Part shown: positions 35,941-38,258 of the stretch, in pieces
How positions within the stretch are numbered: the stretch's first letter is position 1
How the letters are laid out: each line of letters starts with the position of its first letter
Source of the DNA: a virus
Taxonomy: Duplodnaviria; Caudoviricetes
IMG/VR virus record: IMGVR_UViG_3300030376_006133
Coordinates: 1-38,258 of that record
Length of the DNA stretch: 38,258 bases
Reading direction: 5' to 3' (one strand)
Notes under the pieces: model-generated
Told to the model about the DNA's origin: nothing
What the model saw: only the letters and a program-made list of their open reading frames with translations
The model's database searches: none
Made by a program: the position numbers and the translations under genes

Positions 35941-37071
35941 CTAGCCGAATTGTTTAATTAAATCTCTAATCTCGTCCTGTTCATCATCTTGGTATCCACT
36001 TATAATAGAATACTCAACAGCATCAAGAAAGCTTTCGCCACACGATATATAATCGCCCGCGTCTATTAACTCACGTAAAGAGGTAGCCCTGTTTAATGTT
36101 TCTTCCTTACATCTCTCACGTATCTTTTCAGCTATCTTAACTAACTTCTGAGCATCTTCGCTAGATATACCGCATCTTTTAACTAGTACGTCAGCCTCAA
36201 TTTTAGACGGTAGATAGTCAATCTGTACCTTAACAAAACGCTGTCTTAACGCTTCGTCTAGTGTCTTTGTTCCTGTATACTGATAGCCCTCATTTGCTGT
36301 AGCTATAATCATACATGAACTGTCAACTTTAGCGACGTTATCGCTGTCGCTCTCACTATATGGGTTAGTAAGTATCTTCCTATCGTCTAAGACGCTGAAT
36401 AAATGATTTCCCGTTTCCCTTGTCGCTCTCGTTATCTCGTCAAGTAATATAATACCGCCTCTTTGTATGTTATTATAAAAATGCGCTTTGTCAAAATAGC
36501 TAGAGCCATTTTTAATTCTATGTGAGCCAAACAGACCCGCCGTGGCGTCTGTAAATGCTGACATATCAAATATCTCAATATTAGATTTAATAGCCTCTGC
36601 AAACCTTTTGACTAATTCGGTTTTTCCTGTACCGCTTGCGCCTGTAAGTAAGACATTTTTACGTAAGACTAAAACGTCAATTATTAATCGTTTCCATGTT
36701 TTTGGCTCAACATAGAAACCATGCTTTTTAACTGTAGGCGCTTTGACTTTCTTAAATAAACTTTCAGAAAGTTTTTTTCTGTCTGTCTCATTGCCTGTTA
36801 AATAAGCTAAATTAAATTCGCCTTTGCTTTTTACTAGAGTTTTAATAATAGGCTTGTTTGTTTGCGTTGTCGTTGCCTGTTTTGGCGTCTCGTTTAATTC
36901 TACTTCGTAGCCGTTGCGTTTAAATCGCATTAGTGCTTCGTGTTTATTGAGCGAAGAGCCTTCCGCCATTAATTTGGTTTCAATTAGCGCCTTTCTCATT
37001 GATGGAAAAGTTATCTTTTCTTTTCCTTTTATGAGCGTTATTCCGCGCGCGTTCCAAGGTGTTGTTTTCAT
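35941..37071 (-). CDS. MoxR-family AAA+ ATPase (CobS/CbbQ/NorQ-like)
   Basis: GASGTGKT Walker A, ILLDEITR Walker B, IIATAN, LDEALRQRF and SLREL. Confidence 0.9.
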   Translation of the reverse strand: MKTTPWNARGITLIKGKEKITFPSMRKALIETKLMAEGSSLNKHEALMRFKRNGYEVELNETPKQATTTQTNKPIIKTLVKSKGEFNLAYLTGNETDRKKLSESLFKKVKAPTVKKHGFYVEPKTWKRLIIDVLVLRKNVLLTGASGTGKTELVKRFAEAIKSNIEIFDMSAFTDATAGLFGSHRIKNGSSYFDKAHFYNNIQRGGIILLDEITRATRETGNHLFSVLDDRKILTNPYSESDSDNVAKVDSSCMIIATANEGYQYTGTKTLDEALRQRFVKVQIDYLPSKIEADVLVKRCGISSEDAQKLVKIAEKIRERCKEETLNRATSLRELIDAGDYISCGESFLDAVEYSIISGYQDDEQDEIRDLIKQFG

Positions 37072-37096
37072 GTGTATTATTTTAATTCTAGTATAT

Positions 37097-37152
37097 GCTA
37101 GAGACTAGCGCCCGCGCGCTAGTTTCGATTAATAAAATCTCGTCAGTCTAGC
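37097..37152 (-). ncRNA. Hammerhead ribozyme, type I (HHR-1)
   Basis: GCUAGA-CUGACGA-GAUU(UUAUU)AAUC-GAAA-CUAGCGC(GCGG)GCGCUAG-UC^UCUAGC: intact core, three perfect stems, GUC site; predicted cut between 37103 and 37102. Confidence 0.95.
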
Positions 37153-37636
37153 TACGTTTTTTAATTGGTTTAAATTTTACCCTTGATTTACTCATTTTTT
37201 TAATACCAACTAAAGAACTTTCTTTGCTTGTGTAAAACATTCTATCAACTTTAGGTATAGAGAACGTGCGCTCGTTTTCCTTTGTTAATTCTTTAATTGT
37301 TTCCTCGTATTTACTTAAAGAAACCGACGCACCGCCAACAATTTTAACCTCGTTTTGAGGTTGTTTTATTATAGCTTCCATGTGTGCATGTTTAATAATT
37401 TGCGCGCCTGTCGGTCTTACTTGAGTCATCTGTTTAGCTGTTGAAACGCTGTATCTGTCTTCCGTTTCATACCAATTTTTTGTTTTATATGAGTAAATAA
37501 ATACGGGATAATAACCATATGATTTGACTACATATAATTTATTTGTGCCTATAATTTCTCCGCTTAAATTGTTCGCTTTAAATTCTGTTAATGTGTTAAC
37601 ATATTGAGAGGCGTTTTTATTACTTGTTTTTTTCAT
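37148..37636 (-). CDS. Hypothetical early phage protein
   Basis: 162 aa; YVVKSYGYYPVFIY..RYSVSTAKQ; flanked by two ribozymes. Confidence 0.75.
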   Translation of the reverse strand: MKKTSNKNASQYVNTLTEFKANNLSGEIIGTNKLYVVKSYGYYPVFIYSYKTKNWYETEDRYSVSTAKQMTQVRPTGAQIIKHAHMEAIIKQPQNEVKIVGGASVSLSKYEETIKELTKENERTFSIPKVDRMFYTSKESSLVGIKKMSKSRVKFKPIKKRS

Positions 37637-37660
37637 TGTGTATTATTTAATTTAAAAATT

Positions 37661-37717
37661 GCTTAAGACCTAGACAAAAAGCCTAGGTTTCGAATATTTA
37701 ATTCTCGTCAGTTAAGC
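37661..37717 (-). ncRNA. Hammerhead ribozyme, type I (HHR-2)
   Basis: GCUUAA-CUGACGA-GAAU(UAAAU)AUUC-GAAA-CCUAGGC(UUUUU)GUCUAGG-UC^UUAAGC: intact core, GUC site; predicted cut between 37667 and 37666. Confidence 0.95.
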
Positions 37718-38191
37718 TTTTTCAAGAATTATATTTGTCTCTGATTTCTTGCATAATAACCAAAGATGAAAAGCCAAAAATTTCCACCATTCATCGCATA
37801 AAAAATCATACATTGTCTCGCTCATGTTATCTTGAAATTTTTTATCAAGGTTAAGAATCTCGCAAAACTTTGGCACGATATCAGAATAATAAAAGTCAAC
37901 GCTAATGGCTAGACCTTGCAACCATTCCGCCATTATTGAAACTCTACAACCTTTAAACCTTTTAATATTATTTTCAAAACAGTATTCAGAATTAAAACGC
38001 TGTAAAATATAATTTAACTTTGAATCGTCACTTTTATAAGTATCATCTTCTAGACCTTGAATGGCGTCTTCTTGCTCTATACATTCAAGTAAATAAGCTT
38101 TGACGTTCTCTCTAATTTTAAGAGCGTTTTCATTGTCGTTATTGTAAAGGTTTAAAAATTGTCTGTAATCGTTTTTAATTGTGTTTGTCAT
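37712..38191 (-). CDS. Hypothetical early phage protein
   Basis: 159 aa; AEWLQGLA; carries the shared leader motif. Confidence 0.75.
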   Translation of the reverse strand: MTNTIKNDYRQFLNLYNNDNENALKIRENVKAYLLECIEQEDAIQGLEDDTYKSDDSKLNYILQRFNSEYCFENNIKRFKGCRVSIMAEWLQGLAISVDFYYSDIVPKFCEILNLDKKFQDNMSETMYDFLCDEWWKFLAFHLWLLCKKSETNIILEKA

Positions 38192-38258
38192 ATGTGTATT
38201 ATTTAAGACGCTTTCGCCTATGTTATTTAGTTGGGCGTTGGCGTCGGTGTTTGTGTTT

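Noticed and set aside
33861-37071. Cobalamin biosynthesis genes cobS/cobT
   Set aside because: Fold-level family resemblance only; no cobN or other pathway genes, so no gene symbols assigned.
25570-37108. + strand ORFs opposite the replication and early genes, including 32276-32554 and 36914-37108
   Set aside because: Shadow frames without recognisable motifs; 32276-32554 runs through a - strand terminator and gene.
38192-38258. Third hammerhead upstream of gene 37712-38191
   Set aside because: No CUGANGA core within the visible sequence; kept only as an unexplained hairpin.
1-38258. Stop-codon reassignment (TAG/TGA) as in some crAss-like phages
   Set aside because: Long genes are intact in the standard code; TAG and TGA act as normal stops; no suppressor tRNA seen.

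Overview
AT-rich fragment of a tailed bacteriophage genome, most likely a podovirus of a Bacteroidota (Flavobacteria-like) host. The host call is inferred from TAnnTTTG promoters, A-rich leaders without Shine-Dalgarno sites and a BACON-like domain. Positions 1-24778 (+) are late genes: tail fibre with an S74 chaperone domain, accessory membrane and small basic proteins, three crAss-like ring proteins, a muzzle/stabilisation protein, ejection proteins including a 2519-aa polyvalent protein, and a lysis cassette. Positions 24775-31124 (-) cover replication and recombination: RusA-like resolvase, DnaB, an O-like initiator with internal iterons, SSB, YqaJ exonuclease and a tyrosine recombinase. 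Positions 31125-32440 are a mostly non-coding island with Hsp20, phased CTCTTAC boxes and a G-tract tandem array. Positions 32443-38191 (-) form a probable early operon with a MoxR AAA+/VWA pair. Main finding: two complete type I hammerhead ribozymes sit in consecutive intergenic gaps of this operon (37097-37152 and 37661-37717, - strand). Each overlaps the upstream stop codon and would cut 30-31 nt before the next AUG. Three consecutive genes there share the leader AAAUAAUACAC, and antisense copies of that leader are carried elsewhere on the same strand (32411-32425, 30087-30110). Together these suggest an RNA-only processing and silencing circuit. All protein calls come from motif recognition by eye, not from database searches.
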